A stretch of 64,000 nt of DNA, taken from IMG/VR virus record IMGVR_UViG_3300022654_000689; one strand, 5' to 3'. Shown piece after piece: positions 1-11,970 of this stretch. The notes beneath the pieces were generated by a model, which saw only the letters and a program-made list of their open reading frames with translations, was not told where the DNA came from and ran no database searches. The position numbers and the translations under genes are program-made. The stretch comes from a virus (lineage: Duplodnaviria > Caudoviricetes). How positions within the stretch are numbered: position 1 is the stretch's first letter; every line of letters starts with the position of its first letter.

Positions 1-2
1 GA

Positions 3-1118
3 ACTAGCAATGGTGGTAGTAATGGCGGTAGCAATGGTGGTGGCGGTGGTAATATAAATTCAAACATCTCAGTAACCGGATTTGCCTGGCCAGTTCCTGG
101 TAGTTCAAAAATATCTTCAAAATTTGGTCCTAGAAATATAAGTGTACCAGGAGCTTCTAAAAATCATAAAGGTATAGATATATCCGGTGGAGGTAAAAAA
201 GATGCAAGCGGTTATCCTATAGTTGCATCAAAAGCAGGTACTGTAACATATGCGGGGCCTGGTAGCGGATATGGAAATTATATAATAATTGATCATGGTA
301 ATGGATACACTACACGATATGCACATATGAATTCAAAATATATGTATGTTAAAAAAGGAGATAAAGTTACACAGGGACAACATATAGCAAATATAGGTAA
401 TGAGGGTGTTAGTGGTGGACCACATCTTCATTTCGAAGTTAGAATAAACGGTACAGCATATGATCCGTCCCAATTTATAGCTTTTGGAGGAAACGCCGAT
501 AGAACTTTAAAAAATGAAAACGGAAGTTCTATACAATTAATAGTACCCCCACAAATGGGAAAAACACAAGAATCATACAATAATTTACCTACTGTAATTG
601 ACCCTGAAGGTGATGATATTAGAAGAACTGAATTTAATAACGTAATGGAAAATGCATTTAATATTAAAAAAGAAATTGATAAGGATAGAACTAACGCTGA
701 AAATGCCACACAACCGACTACAAATAGTAAATCTGTAAGTAACAAACCTAGCAATTCAATTATAAGTAATAATTTAAGTAGTATGCCGTCAACTATTAAT
801 TCTGTAAGATCTAATATTACAGATCTTAACGAATATAAACAACAAAAATTAATTCGAAGTAAAAAAGCCGTAAGTAATATGAAATATCATAATATAAAGC
901 ATAATACCGATGAAAATAAATATAATGAAATTATAGAACTTTTACGAAAATTTAATGAATTAATGGAAATTTATGCAGATAAAGATAAAAAACTTAGTAT
1001 AATTAATGATCAACCATCTCAATCTATACAAAATATACCATTAGATGAAAATGATATTCTAACTGATAAACTAAGAATGATAGATCCAAATTTAATTAAT
1101 ATATTACAGGGAATATAG
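3..1118 (+). CDS. 5'-truncated large tail-associated protein with C-terminal M23 metallopeptidase (peptidoglycan endopeptidase) domain
   Basis: The frame is open from nt 3, upstream of the track start at 327. It reads as a Gly-rich linker, then FAWPVPG..ISSKFGPR..HKGIDI..YGNYIIIDHGNGYTTRYAH..GPHLHFEVR, which contains the HxxxD and HxH M23 motifs. Confidence 0.88.
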   Translation, partial: TSNGGSNGGSNGGGGGNINSNISVTGFAWPVPGSSKISSKFGPRNISVPGASKNHKGIDISGGGKKDASGYPIVASKAGTVTYAGPGSGYGNYIIIDHGNGYTTRYAHMNSKYMYVKKGDKVTQGQHIANIGNEGVSGGPHLHFEVRINGTAYDPSQFIAFGGNADRTLKNENGSSIQLIVPPQMGKTQESYNNLPTVIDPEGDDIRRTEFNNVMENAFNIKKEIDKDRTNAENATQPTTNSKSVSNKPSNSIISNNLSSMPSTINSVRSNITDLNEYKQQKLIRSKKAVSNMKYHNIKHNTDENKYNEIIELLRKFNELMEIYADKDKKLSIINDQPSQSIQNIPLDENDILTDKLRMIDPNLINILQGI

Positions 1119-1121
1119 GAG

Positions 1122-4100
1122 GTGACAAATAAATTGAATGTTAATACTAATAGAAAATTAAATGGCCCATATATACGAAATGTTATAAATTCGTTTGCAA
1201 AATCGGGAAGGGATGTAATGAAGGATACACTCCTTCCTTCTACATCCTCGTTGGTATATGACAAATACAATAAACTCAATGAAATTAAAGATTTTAAATA
1301 TACATTCAAACAATTAAAAGACAAACTTACAACACCTAAATATTATGATGATAAGAGTCTTGATAATATCGAAGAATCTTTTAAAAGTGAACACTATTCA
1401 TTTAGTAAAGACGTTAAAGACGTTACAGATAATAATATTAAATATTTTGAAAAAACTAATATAAATTTAAAAGTTGTAAAAGCAGATCTTATATCAAGCG
1501 ATGTTGTGAAATCTGTTAAACATGCATTTTTAAATTCTAATAATATTCTTATTAAATCATTAGGTATAATATCAGCAAATGCAAATTTATTAGTTAAATT
1601 TCAAAATAACGTTCAAGTAAATTTTTATACTAATGTTACAGCTAACACCGGAACTATACTGCAATTAATAGCTGATAGTAACAATAGTTTTGCGGAATTT
1701 TCTAGACAGAAATTATCAGTGCTTAAAAGTGATAATACAGAAAATCGTATAGAATCGTTAATACGAGTTGAAAAAATGTTTTCACTAGAAGAAATAGGAC
1801 ATGTAGTTAAAAAATCTTTAAAAAAATTAGGTATTGATGAAGATGAAATTGAAGATTTAATAAAATTAGCTTTAAAAAAACCGGCTTTTGGTTTACTAAA
1901 TTTATTAACTACGATTACTGTTGACAAAAATAAAAGTAATCTTTTTAATGATGTAATTTCAGTTCCTAAAAATATTAATAACTATATTGCAATGTTATTA
2001 AATTCTTTTAAAGACAGTGATGACCCTCTTATTAAATTTTTAGGAAAAAAATTTGCTCCTGAAAAAAGAGACACTAAAATTATATACCGCGATAATTATA
2101 ATAAAGAAAGTGCTAAATTTGATACATATAGTAAACGCGCAATTACACATGTAATACCCTCTTTATTATCACAAATATTAAATAAGTTACAAAACAAGAA
2201 CGGCGGTGATGAACTTATATATGACTATGATAATGGAGGATTTACCACACAGAATGCCGTTGAGAAACTTGAATCAAAAGATACAAAAAAAATTCAAATA
2301 CGTATAAATAATTTGGACGATGCAAACAAAAAACGTAAATCTGTTAGAAATTTATTATCATATCAAGATAGGTTTAATAAAGTAAATACAGTTGATTATA
2401 AAAAACGAGAATATAATGAAAATACCAATAATATTAATAATATAGGAAATGCGCCACGAAATATACTTACAAAGTCTATTTTAAAAATAGATAACGCAGT
2501 ATTAAATATTGAAAATCCAGATTCTAAATTGTCAAAAGTTATTAGTAAAACGTTAGGTTTTGTAGATAGCTTATTTGATAGTACGACTGGCATGCCTAGC
2601 GTTGAAAATATAAAAAGAGCAATTATAGTTCCTATTAAGAAAAAATTTGGTGATTATATCACGTCTGTAAAAACTTATGTAAAAGAGACGTATCAAATTG
2701 CAGTAAATAGTATAGTTACTGCATTTAAAAAACCAGATAATAATCAATCTGTTAGATTTAACGAAAAACTTAAAAAATTTTTAACTGAAAAGATAATTAT
2801 CCCATTAGGTACTAAATTAAATGATATAAAAACTAATCTTCTTTTAAAAATAAAAGAAAAATCACGTATAGTAGTTAAATCTATTAAAAAAAGAATAGAA
2901 GCTAAAAAAGGTTCAGCATATATATCAAATGCAAATATTAAAAATGAAAAAACTATTGATATTGATTTAACTAATGATCCTTATAGTTTTAATTTTGTTA
3001 AGTTCAATATGTTAACAATTGATAAAGAATTACTTCCATCTAATAATATAATAGAAACTATTTCAAATAAGATATATGATCTTATGCATATAATAGATAG
3101 TTATATTAAAAAATATAATAAAATTGAAAAACTTGAAAATAGACTTAAAATTCCAACATATGGATGGCTTGAAGCGACTATTAAATATTCGACATTATTA
3201 AAAATGTTTGTTAAAGACGTTATTAAATCAATAGAACCTATGACTATATTATTTAAAGGTTTTCAAACATTAAAAAGAATGGCACTTAATATATTAGGTA
3301 ATATAACAGATGCTTTTGTTGGCGTATTTAAAGAAGCAACTAAATTTGTGCGTAATATAATTAGTATCTTTACAGAAAAAATACCAGCTGCTTTAAAATT
3401 TATTGATAGATTCACAGGCACAATATCTACTTTATTAAAATCTAAATTATCAAAAATCCCAACAATAGCTGTGGGTGCTATAGTATCAACGACTACGGTT
3501 ATTATACATAAGGTTAATTCAATTTTAATAGATGGTGTAGGTTCTGCAATTCAATTTGTGGGAAAAGCAATAAGAAGTGTTTTATTAACAGCTAGATTAT
3601 TAGGCAATTCGCTTAATAAATTAATGACTCAAGGTAAATATTATATTAAACAAGTATTACGAATTGGAAGTAGAATATTGGGAAATGTTTCGAGCGGACG
3701 TGATCCTTTTATAAATCGACTAGAATATGCTAATATTATTAAAGGACATTTAGACTATGTAGTTAAAAATGTTACTGCTGAAATTGTTGAAAAAGATTCA
3801 AGACATGAAGATGAGAAAAAGGATGATGAAAAAGATATTGCAAAAGTGCAAGCAACTGCAAATAAGATTACCGGAACTATATCGTCAAGAATAGAAAACC
3901 GTTCTAATATAGTAAATAACTTAGTTCAAAAATTATTAACTAAGCCCATCAATATTTTAAAAGGAATTTTTTATAATGTTATTGGATTTATTATGGGAGG
4001 GACTATTACTTCTGGTATAGCCAATGTAGCAAGCAAAGCATGGCACACTGTAGGAAATAGTAAAATTGGTAAATTTTTAGGTCTCGATAAAGCTAATAAA

Positions 4101-5978
4101 ATAAATGTTAAAAAAGTATATATTGATGGCGGTAGTCTAGATGATGGTGATAGCGGATTAATTAACAGTATTACTAACGGTAGTAAAAACTCAAAAAAAT
4201 CTAAATCAATATTTAAAAAAATTGGCGGGTTTCTTTCAAAACATAAAAAAGAAGCAGCGATAATGGGAACAGCTGCAGTGGCTAGTGGAATTTTATATAA
4301 GACAAATAAAGATGACGAAAACAAAGAAAATAACGTTGATAATACAGAAACTGAATTAAAAGAATCGCCTTCAGATCAAGCCGAATCTACCGTTCAAACA
4401 GAATCTTCGGCTAAACCAATATCTACTACTTTAAATCGTACTACAGTTCAGCCTAATCAAATATCTGATGTCAATAATAACGACACAGCTAAAGCTGAGA
4501 TAATTATTAAAAATAATTTTAATGATAATTCAGTTGACAGTAATATTGAAAAATTATCATATACTAATGCTACTCCAAACAGTACTAAAACATTTAAAAA
4601 TGTTGATACATCGACTGATAAACTTAAAAGAATATACAAAGAAAATATAGATTCTGAAATACATAATAAATCGTTATTATATAATCGATTAAAAAAATCA
4701 GATAAAGAAATAATGTTAGCTCAAGAAGGGATTCAAGGTATTTATCGTAAAACTGAAGATCCATCTGAATACCATAAATTAAATGCTGAAAGATTTAATT
4801 ATAAAGGAATGCTTAATGATTTTCAAAAAGGATTTATGCAAGGAGGTATAATATTTGGAGTTATTAACGTTTTAGCTAAAAATATTCAGCTTAGTAAGTT
4901 TAGAAGTTTAATTAAAGATAAACAGACACTTATTGATGCTGAAATGGTTGTTAGACGTAATTTAACTGGAAGAGACGTATTTAATGGTAGTTCATATGGC
5001 GAAGACGATTATAATGATGACTATGATAATCCAGGTGGAGGAAGTCCAGGTGGAGGAATGTTACCAGGAGGTAAAATAGATTGGCCATCAGGTAATATGC
5101 GTCTTGGAGAAAAAATAGTTAGATATGCGTTAGCATTTTTACCTCAAGGTAAAATAAATTACTCACAACCATTAAGAGACAAAATAGATAAACAGGGAGA
5201 CAGAGCTGACTGTTCTTCATTCGTAAGACACGTTTATAAAGTTACTACAGGCATAAATCCAGGTAATACTTCAAGAGAACAAGATGATGCTGGTACTAAG
5301 GTGTCTAGAGTTGAAGATTTAAGAGAAGGGGATATTTTATGGAAATCTGGTCACGTTGGTTTATATGCTGGTGCAAACAACTATATCGATGTTGGTGGAC
5401 CAACTAATGGTAAAAATGACCCTAAATTTAAAAATATAGTAAAATTTAATTATTTTACCATGGGTCGAAGAGTTATAGATCCAGATCAAATGGTAGATAA
5501 TACTCTTAATGATCCGAACACTGCACTTACTGGCCTTACAAGTGCAGGACTACCAGCAAGTGAAGTAAACAATGTAGATCCTAATGCCGCACTTAAAAAT
5601 AATGCACAAAATGCCGATGAGGATATGGGAGATCCTGCTATACTTGATTTTAAAAATACTAATAATACAAAACTTAAACCAATTCCATCATCATTAATTA
5701 CTACTGAAAACGATAATAATATGTCAAGTATGCTAACAAGAATAAGCAATGCATCACCAGTTAAAAATATAACTGAAGGAAAAATTCAAGATATGTCGTT
5801 GGAAAAATTGACTAACCAACAAAGACAAGATACAACTTTATATGGAAGAGAAGGTACAATATATAAATTACAATCTGAAATTGTGAATTTATTGAAAAAT
5901 ATTGATGTGAATATAGAAACTATATTAAAACTTGAAGATCATTTAATACTACATCTACAACAAGTAGAGGGGCTATAG
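1122..5978 (+). CDS. Giant tape-measure-like/tail protein with NlpC/P60 peptidoglycan hydrolase domain
   Basis: 1618 aa. The motif ADCSSFVRHVY..EGDILWKSGHVGLYAG near the C-terminus has the NlpC/P60 Cys and His. The N-terminal region is paralogous to the next two ORFs (FDxxxxRAIxxVIPSL..ELxYDY). The true start may be TTG at 1134, after SD AGGAGGTG. Confidence 0.82.
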   Translation: MTNKLNVNTNRKLNGPYIRNVINSFAKSGRDVMKDTLLPSTSSLVYDKYNKLNEIKDFKYTFKQLKDKLTTPKYYDDKSLDNIEESFKSEHYSFSKDVKDVTDNNIKYFEKTNINLKVVKADLISSDVVKSVKHAFLNSNNILIKSLGIISANANLLVKFQNNVQVNFYTNVTANTGTILQLIADSNNSFAEFSRQKLSVLKSDNTENRIESLIRVEKMFSLEEIGHVVKKSLKKLGIDEDEIEDLIKLALKKPAFGLLNLLTTITVDKNKSNLFNDVISVPKNINNYIAMLLNSFKDSDDPLIKFLGKKFAPEKRDTKIIYRDNYNKESAKFDTYSKRAITHVIPSLLSQILNKLQNKNGGDELIYDYDNGGFTTQNAVEKLESKDTKKIQIRINNLDDANKKRKSVRNLLSYQDRFNKVNTVDYKKREYNENTNNINNIGNAPRNILTKSILKIDNAVLNIENPDSKLSKVISKTLGFVDSLFDSTTGMPSVENIKRAIIVPIKKKFGDYITSVKTYVKETYQIAVNSIVTAFKKPDNNQSVRFNEKLKKFLTEKIIIPLGTKLNDIKTNLLLKIKEKSRIVVKSIKKRIEAKKGSAYISNANIKNEKTIDIDLTNDPYSFNFVKFNMLTIDKELLPSNNIIETISNKIYDLMHIIDSYIKKYNKIEKLENRLKIPTYGWLEATIKYSTLLKMFVKDVIKSIEPMTILFKGFQTLKRMALNILGNITDAFVGVFKEATKFVRNIISIFTEKIPAALKFIDRFTGTISTLLKSKLSKIPTIAVGAIVSTTTVIIHKVNSILIDGVGSAIQFVGKAIRSVLLTARLLGNSLNKLMTQGKYYIKQVLRIGSRILGNVSSGRDPFINRLEYANIIKGHLDYVVKNVTAEIVEKDSRHEDEKKDDEKDIAKVQATANKITGTISSRIENRSNIVNNLVQKLLTKPINILKGIFYNVIGFIMGGTITSGIANVASKAWHTVGNSKIGKFLGLDKANKINVKKVYIDGGSLDDGDSGLINSITNGSKNSKKSKSIFKKIGGFLSKHKKEAAIMGTAAVASGILYKTNKDDENKENNVDNTETELKESPSDQAESTVQTESSAKPISTTLNRTTVQPNQISDVNNNDTAKAEIIIKNNFNDNSVDSNIEKLSYTNATPNSTKTFKNVDTSTDKLKRIYKENIDSEIHNKSLLYNRLKKSDKEIMLAQEGIQGIYRKTEDPSEYHKLNAERFNYKGMLNDFQKGFMQGGIIFGVINVLAKNIQLSKFRSLIKDKQTLIDAEMVVRRNLTGRDVFNGSSYGEDDYNDDYDNPGGGSPGGGMLPGGKIDWPSGNMRLGEKIVRYALAFLPQGKINYSQPLRDKIDKQGDRADCSSFVRHVYKVTTGINPGNTSREQDDAGTKVSRVEDLREGDILWKSGHVGLYAGANNYIDVGGPTNGKNDPKFKNIVKFNYFTMGRRVIDPDQMVDNTLNDPNTALTGLTSAGLPASEVNNVDPNAALKNNAQNADEDMGDPAILDFKNTNNTKLKPIPSSLITTENDNNMSSMLTRISNASPVKNITEGKIQDMSLEKLTNQQRQDTTLYGREGTIYKLQSEIVNLLKNIDVNIETILKLEDHLILHLQQVEGL

Positions 5979-6002
5979 TAGCCCCTCAGAAAGGAGAGCG
6001 CT

Positions 6003-9000
6003 ATGGCTGTAAACCTTACTCCGAATAATAATTTCAGTAAACCTAAATTTGTTAAAAATTTAGTACGAACAGTTTCTACTATGGGCAAAGAAATATTTAG
6101 TGAATATATGCCTGAAACTGTAAAAATTTACGACACTAATAAAGATTTTGCAAAAAAGATAAAAGCTAATAATAATATGAAAATTTCCTTAAAAGATATT
6201 ACATCAAATGATGTATATAAATCTGGAAAGCAATTAATAGCTAATGCAGTTGAAGATCTTAAAACAGGTAATTTTTATAATGAAGATCGTATTAATAAAA
6301 ACATGGAAGCTGCAGCTAGTGAAATGTTTGGTATAGATTTTAGTTTTTTAAATAGTCTAGATTCAGATAAAGATAGTATAAACAATGATATTAAAACTGA
6401 AACTAGAGAAATAAATGGCAATAAAGTTACTGTAACTACTAATAGAAGTACATTAGTTATAAATGATAATATGAATGCAATAAATATGTCATTTAAAAGT
6501 ATAGCAAAAGTAATTTCAAAAAATCAAAATATTGCATTTAATAATCTTAACAGAAATTTTAATGAAATGCTATTATTTAAAACTGAAACTACTTTAAAGT
6601 TTTATAATAGTATGTCAAATCAATTTATGCAAATTAATAATACAATTAATACATTTTATCGAAATGCGGAAAAATTAACAAAAATAGAATTAGGCGGACT
6701 TAAAGAGAGCAATACGTTTAATCAGCTTAATATACTTTTAGGGTCTTCAGAGCTATTATCATTAGGTTATTATATAGACAAATTAAAACCGACCGGTTTT
6801 AATAAAAGTGCATTATCACCTATAATGAATGGTATTAAACATGCTTTAATGTTTGCGATGCCTCCAGTGGTTAAAGATACACTAGCTGAAACTAATAAGA
6901 TAATTAAAAATTTACCAATAATGTTAAATCAAAAATTCGGAGATATGAAAAATAGTGATAATTCGTTAAGCCAGTTAATTGGTGGCACTTTTCATAAAGA
7001 TTTAAATGATGGTAAGTCTAATTATAAAATAAAAAATCAAGCCGTAGGCTTTGACGGTATTACGCGACGAGCAATAGTTAATGTTATACCATCGTTAATA
7101 TCAAAAATCATAAATGCTATGCGAAAAGGAAACGATAGTGATGAACTAGTTTATGATTATCAAGCAGGCGCATATAGAACTAAAGGAGATATTAAAAAAG
7201 CCAGCGAAATGCAATTCCAGCAACAAATAAGAGGGACTGCAGGGTTTGAAAGTGATATTGAAAAATATAAAAATAAGGTAATGAGTAATGTAGCTGCGAG
7301 TCTAGGTGTTGATAAAAATAGTAAGAAAACTCGTAGAGAAATTGATAAATCAATTTATAAAATGTTAAAAAATAAAGAGCTACCTATAAAAGGCGGAAAA
7401 TATAGTAAAAATGATAAAATAAACGAAGCAATTATTGAAACTTTTTTAAAAATGACTCCTCTTGAAAAGGTTGATTTTGTTAATGCAGTAACACGTCTTA
7501 CAACACCTCAAGAATGGTTAGAGCAAAATGAATCTTATCATAATATATTTGATCCTCTTGGATATGACGATATTAAAAAGAAATATGATAAAGATCACCG
7601 AGAAGAATTATATCTTTATTTTAAATCAAAAGGAATGGATACATTAGCAGATCATGTTAGAGAGGGAGATGCATATAATAGAAGTGAAAATAAATTAAGT
7701 AAATTAAATCCATTTTATTATATAGTAGAAGGCTTAAGAGCTGGTAATGACCTTATCACAAAAACATTATTGTCAGATCCTGATGATAATATTGACAAGA
7801 ATTCATTTATAGGTAAGCTAAATCAAAAAATAAACTACATACTATCAAAGCCTTTATCTGAACACATACAAGATTTATCTAAAAAATTTAAACAACGAAT
7901 TGGAAAAAATCCTTTTATCGAAGAAATTAAAAATGCCGGTTTAGTAACTGGTATAAAAGGGCTTTTTAAAGAAGCTTCACAATATATTAAAGGTGGAAAT
8001 TTAAATAATAATGGTTCTAATAAAAGTAAATTAGTTGATAAATTAAAAGAAGATTTTATAGATCCGATAATTAAAATATTCAAACATGCAGTAACTGATC
8101 CTATTAAAAAACAAGCAAGCCAAATAGGAGATTTCGCTAAAAATGTATTTTCGACAATTACTGAACCTGTAAAAAGAGTTTTTAATGAATATAAAACTAA
8201 ATATAATACACTAAAAGTACAAAATACTGTAGCAAATTCATATGTCTCACGTGCTAAAACTGAAAATGAATTAAAAACTAATGAAAATCAAGCAAGTAAA
8301 GAAATTACAGATGAATTTAAGAAAAATGAGGAAAAATATACGGAATTAGACAAATCTGTATCTAGGGGAATTTTAGATATGGTTAAATCTATAAGAACTG
8401 ATTTAGTTAGTCCTATAGATGCTTTTACTACATCCATAGCTTTAGTATTAAAAGACGGAGATGCATTTGTTTCAAAAATGAATGATTTTAAATTTAAATT
8501 AGATACTGATCATGAAAATCTTAAGGCTCATGTAATGGATATTGATGACCAAAATTCAGCTGAAAATATTAATAATAGACTTATTGAATATCAAAAATTA
8601 TCTACTGAAATTCAAGATTTAATATTTAATATAGAATCTGCGTTAAATCAAGCTAAATCTGGGGAAGATGATGATGAAGATGACGATGATGATACTAAGA
8701 ATCCAACAATTGAAAAAGTAACTGGTGTACTAAAAAAAGGAATAACTAAAGGTAAAAATGTATTAGAAAAAATTAAAGATAAACTTACGGATCAAGGTTC
8801 TAAAACACCGATTATTGACTCTTTTAAAAAATTAGGAAATAAAACTGTATCTACAATAACAGGAGTCATAGGCGACATGATGAATAATATAAGCAGAACA
8901 TCTGGAGCAGTTTCAAATATTTTAGCAAATGTACTTTCAGTAAGCCAAGATTTTTTTGCAAATACATTTCCTAATTTATTAAAAACTGCGGGGGCTGAAA

Positions 9001-11927
9001 TAAAAAATGTTGCTACTACTGCATTAGAAGAACTTAAAAACACAGGTTCAGATGTTTGGGAGGAACTTAAAAATACAGGATCTAAAATATGGACTAATGC
9101 TAAAAATATTTTCAGCACTATTGGAAATCAAATATTTGATTTTCTAGGTAAGGTGAGACAACAAGAATTTGATGTTTATATTGAAGGCGGTACATTAACG
9201 GGTATACATAACACTGTATATTATATTAAACCTAAAAAATCTGGATACCAATACATGAAAAATAAATTTAAACAAGAAGATGCAGATGACGCAGAAGATA
9301 CAGATGAAAGTAATGAAAATTCTAAAGAAGCTAAAGAAACTATAACTCAACGTATTAAAAATAGATTTAAATTTATGGGTGACATTATTAAATCTGTAGC
9401 TTCTACAGCATTAAATGCCGTTGTGAGTGGAGTTAAAAATTTAGCAAGCTCACTTTTAAGTACAATAGGCACTACTATATTATCAGTAATCGGTCCTAAG
9501 TTAGGCAGTGTTTTGAAAAAATATGGTGGAAAAACTATAAATTGGGCTAGGAACACAATAGGTAAAGCTAAAAATAGGACTAAAAAAGGTAAAAAGAATT
9601 TAAGCAAAATTTTAGGAAAAGCCGGTAGTGCTGCATCAGTTGCAAATGGTTTATTATCTGATTCAACACCAGTATATGTTGTTGGTGGTATTCTGGACGG
9701 CGTTGGAAATGGAATTGTTGACGATGTAGTAGATGATGTAGTAGATGATATAATTGATGATGTTGATGATAAACTAAAAAAAGAAGCGGCTGAAGAAGTA
9801 TCTGAAGAAGCTTTAGAAAAAATGGCTAGAGAAGCAGCTGAACACTCGGACGATGCAGGTAAAGGTCTAGGTAAAATATCTAAGTGGTTCGGTGATACTA
9901 AATTAGGAAAATTAATAGGCGGAACAGCTCTTGGAAAAAAAATAAAATCATTAACTTCAAAATCAGGTAAAAAAACAGGTTGGATTAGTAAATTAAAAAA
10001 ATCGTTAGGTGTTTCCGATGATATTGCGGATGCTACTAAATCTAGTAAGTTTTTACAAAAATTACTTGGAATGACTACTAAATCCGGTGGAAGTATAATG
10101 GATATTATGAAATCAATCGGTGCGGGTAAATTAGCGGGATTACTGGATGGATTTTCTTTATTAAAATCTGGTAAGCTTGTTAAAGCCGGGGGAAAATTAT
10201 TACCAATAGTTGGTGATATAGCATCAATTATAGATATAGGTTCAGATATATGGAAAGCTTTTACATCTGAAACTTTTGGTAAAAAAGTAGGTTCAGCAAT
10301 ATCTGCAATATTAAAAGTAGGAGTAGAAGCTCTGGATATAGTTACTGGAGACACAGGATTAGTTTCAATAGTTGGTGGATTATTAGCTGAATGGTTAACT
10401 GATAAAATCGCTAACGGTATTGATAAATTATTATCAAAATTTGGATTTGGCAAAAAGAAAAAAGATAAAGATAAGGAAGAAGAATCTAAAATTTCACAAA
10501 ATAATGTTTCTATGAATCCAGATGAAAATTCAGCATTTATTGATACAACTAGTAACCCAGTAAATGCATTATCTCAAAATGCAGCACCGGACACTCAAAT
10601 AGCTGTAAAAACTAGTAGTGCAAAAGAATATAGAGATTTCAAACAAGATGAAGCCGATAAAGAAGCAAAATTCCTTGCTAGATTAAGTCAATCTGAACGT
10701 GATGAATACTTAAGCAATAAAAATGCATCAGTATATTCGTCAATATTAAGATCACAAGATGGTGGAAAAATGGTTCGTACATTAATGAACACCGCTATAT
10801 TGGCTAGTTCTATGAACGCTGGAATGACTGAAGGGGATATAATGGCGTTATTAAATAATTCATTAGTTAAAGCTATTAAAACTAATGTTGTCGATGATGG
10901 TGTTCATGGTGACGGTATTTACGGAACTTTATGGGGTACTTATGGTAATAATGGCAATGACGGAGGAGGCGGCTCTGGTGGCGGAGGAGGCGGCTCTGAC
11001 GGCGGAGGAGGCGGTGGAGGTGGAACTTCACCTACACCTGGCGAAGATGTTTCCAAAGAAACAAATGTAACTTCAGCTGTATGGAAATTCTTTACAAGTA
11101 GAGGTTATTCGCCAGCAGCTACAGCTGGTATAATGGGGAACTTGCAACAAGAATCTGGAATGAACCCTTCTAGATACCAATCTGGTGGCGGACCTGGTCG
11201 TGGTATAGCTCAATGGACTGTAAGCGAAGAAAGATTTAAAGGATTAAAAGCACACGCGGCAAGTAAAGGAAAAGATTGGACTGATTTACAATCTCAATTA
11301 GAATGGTTAGAAATGGAATTAAATGGTAAAGACCCTACAACGTCGTCCATACTTAAAAAACAATTTGGCGGGTTAGAAAATTTTAAAAAGGCTACTGACT
11401 ACAAATGGGCAGTTCAAGCTTTTGAGAAATCATTTGAAAGAGCAGGTAAACCGATGTGGGAAAAACGTTATAATTACGCACAATCGTTTTATGATAAATT
11501 TTCATCATCTGCAGTGTCTATGGATAATACATCTAATTCAATTCTCAATTTATTAGGAAATATGCCAATTCCTGAAGGTGCTTTATCAACTAGCGATGCA
11601 ACTTTAACTGGAAGATTTGCTACATCAATGGATACGTCACTTGCAAATGTAAATACAATATCTGAGAACATTAACGTTATAAATAATACTCCATTAAATA
11701 ATCCAGTAACATTAAAAAGTTCGCTAGACGAAGCAATATATCTTCTTAACAATATTAATAACAATATGGAGAAAAGTATTAATAAAGAAGTAGTAGTAGA
11801 AAAAACTCAAAATGATACAAAATTAGATAACAGTAAAAATCCTTTTGTAGATTTTACTGATAATAATATAGATTTAAGTTTAAGAAGCTTCAGTATAGAT
11901 ATAAAGGCAATATTAGAGGGGATATAA
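6003..11927 (+). CDS. Giant tape-measure-like/tail protein with phage tail lysozyme domain
   Basis: 1974 aa. After a poly-Gly linker it has GYSPAATAGIMGNLQQESGMNP..GRGIAQWT..FEKSFERAG, the phage tail lysozyme signature. Confidence 0.85.
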   Translation: MAVNLTPNNNFSKPKFVKNLVRTVSTMGKEIFSEYMPETVKIYDTNKDFAKKIKANNNMKISLKDITSNDVYKSGKQLIANAVEDLKTGNFYNEDRINKNMEAAASEMFGIDFSFLNSLDSDKDSINNDIKTETREINGNKVTVTTNRSTLVINDNMNAINMSFKSIAKVISKNQNIAFNNLNRNFNEMLLFKTETTLKFYNSMSNQFMQINNTINTFYRNAEKLTKIELGGLKESNTFNQLNILLGSSELLSLGYYIDKLKPTGFNKSALSPIMNGIKHALMFAMPPVVKDTLAETNKIIKNLPIMLNQKFGDMKNSDNSLSQLIGGTFHKDLNDGKSNYKIKNQAVGFDGITRRAIVNVIPSLISKIINAMRKGNDSDELVYDYQAGAYRTKGDIKKASEMQFQQQIRGTAGFESDIEKYKNKVMSNVAASLGVDKNSKKTRREIDKSIYKMLKNKELPIKGGKYSKNDKINEAIIETFLKMTPLEKVDFVNAVTRLTTPQEWLEQNESYHNIFDPLGYDDIKKKYDKDHREELYLYFKSKGMDTLADHVREGDAYNRSENKLSKLNPFYYIVEGLRAGNDLITKTLLSDPDDNIDKNSFIGKLNQKINYILSKPLSEHIQDLSKKFKQRIGKNPFIEEIKNAGLVTGIKGLFKEASQYIKGGNLNNNGSNKSKLVDKLKEDFIDPIIKIFKHAVTDPIKKQASQIGDFAKNVFSTITEPVKRVFNEYKTKYNTLKVQNTVANSYVSRAKTENELKTNENQASKEITDEFKKNEEKYTELDKSVSRGILDMVKSIRTDLVSPIDAFTTSIALVLKDGDAFVSKMNDFKFKLDTDHENLKAHVMDIDDQNSAENINNRLIEYQKLSTEIQDLIFNIESALNQAKSGEDDDEDDDDDTKNPTIEKVTGVLKKGITKGKNVLEKIKDKLTDQGSKTPIIDSFKKLGNKTVSTITGVIGDMMNNISRTSGAVSNILANVLSVSQDFFANTFPNLLKTAGAEIKNVATTALEELKNTGSDVWEELKNTGSKIWTNAKNIFSTIGNQIFDFLGKVRQQEFDVYIEGGTLTGIHNTVYYIKPKKSGYQYMKNKFKQEDADDAEDTDESNENSKEAKETITQRIKNRFKFMGDIIKSVASTALNAVVSGVKNLASSLLSTIGTTILSVIGPKLGSVLKKYGGKTINWARNTIGKAKNRTKKGKKNLSKILGKAGSAASVANGLLSDSTPVYVVGGILDGVGNGIVDDVVDDVVDDIIDDVDDKLKKEAAEEVSEEALEKMAREAAEHSDDAGKGLGKISKWFGDTKLGKLIGGTALGKKIKSLTSKSGKKTGWISKLKKSLGVSDDIADATKSSKFLQKLLGMTTKSGGSIMDIMKSIGAGKLAGLLDGFSLLKSGKLVKAGGKLLPIVGDIASIIDIGSDIWKAFTSETFGKKVGSAISAILKVGVEALDIVTGDTGLVSIVGGLLAEWLTDKIANGIDKLLSKFGFGKKKKDKDKEEESKISQNNVSMNPDENSAFIDTTSNPVNALSQNAAPDTQIAVKTSSAKEYRDFKQDEADKEAKFLARLSQSERDEYLSNKNASVYSSILRSQDGGKMVRTLMNTAILASSMNAGMTEGDIMALLNNSLVKAIKTNVVDDGVHGDGIYGTLWGTYGNNGNDGGGGSGGGGGGSDGGGGGGGGTSPTPGEDVSKETNVTSAVWKFFTSRGYSPAATAGIMGNLQQESGMNPSRYQSGGGPGRGIAQWTVSEERFKGLKAHAASKGKDWTDLQSQLEWLEMELNGKDPTTSSILKKQFGGLENFKKATDYKWAVQAFEKSFERAGKPMWEKRYNYAQSFYDKFSSSAVSMDNTSNSILNLLGNMPIPEGALSTSDATLTGRFATSMDTSLANVNTISENINVINNTPLNNPVTLKSSLDEAIYLLNNINNNMEKSINKEVVVEKTQNDTKLDNSKNPFVDFTDNNIDLSLRSFSIDIKAILEGI

Positions 11928-11970
11928 TATTTATCCCCTTTATTACTAAATGAAAGGGGGATAAAAATTT

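Noticed and set aside
10961-11024. Locally GC-rich GGN stretch
   Set aside because: It simply encodes the poly-Gly linker before the lysozyme domain.
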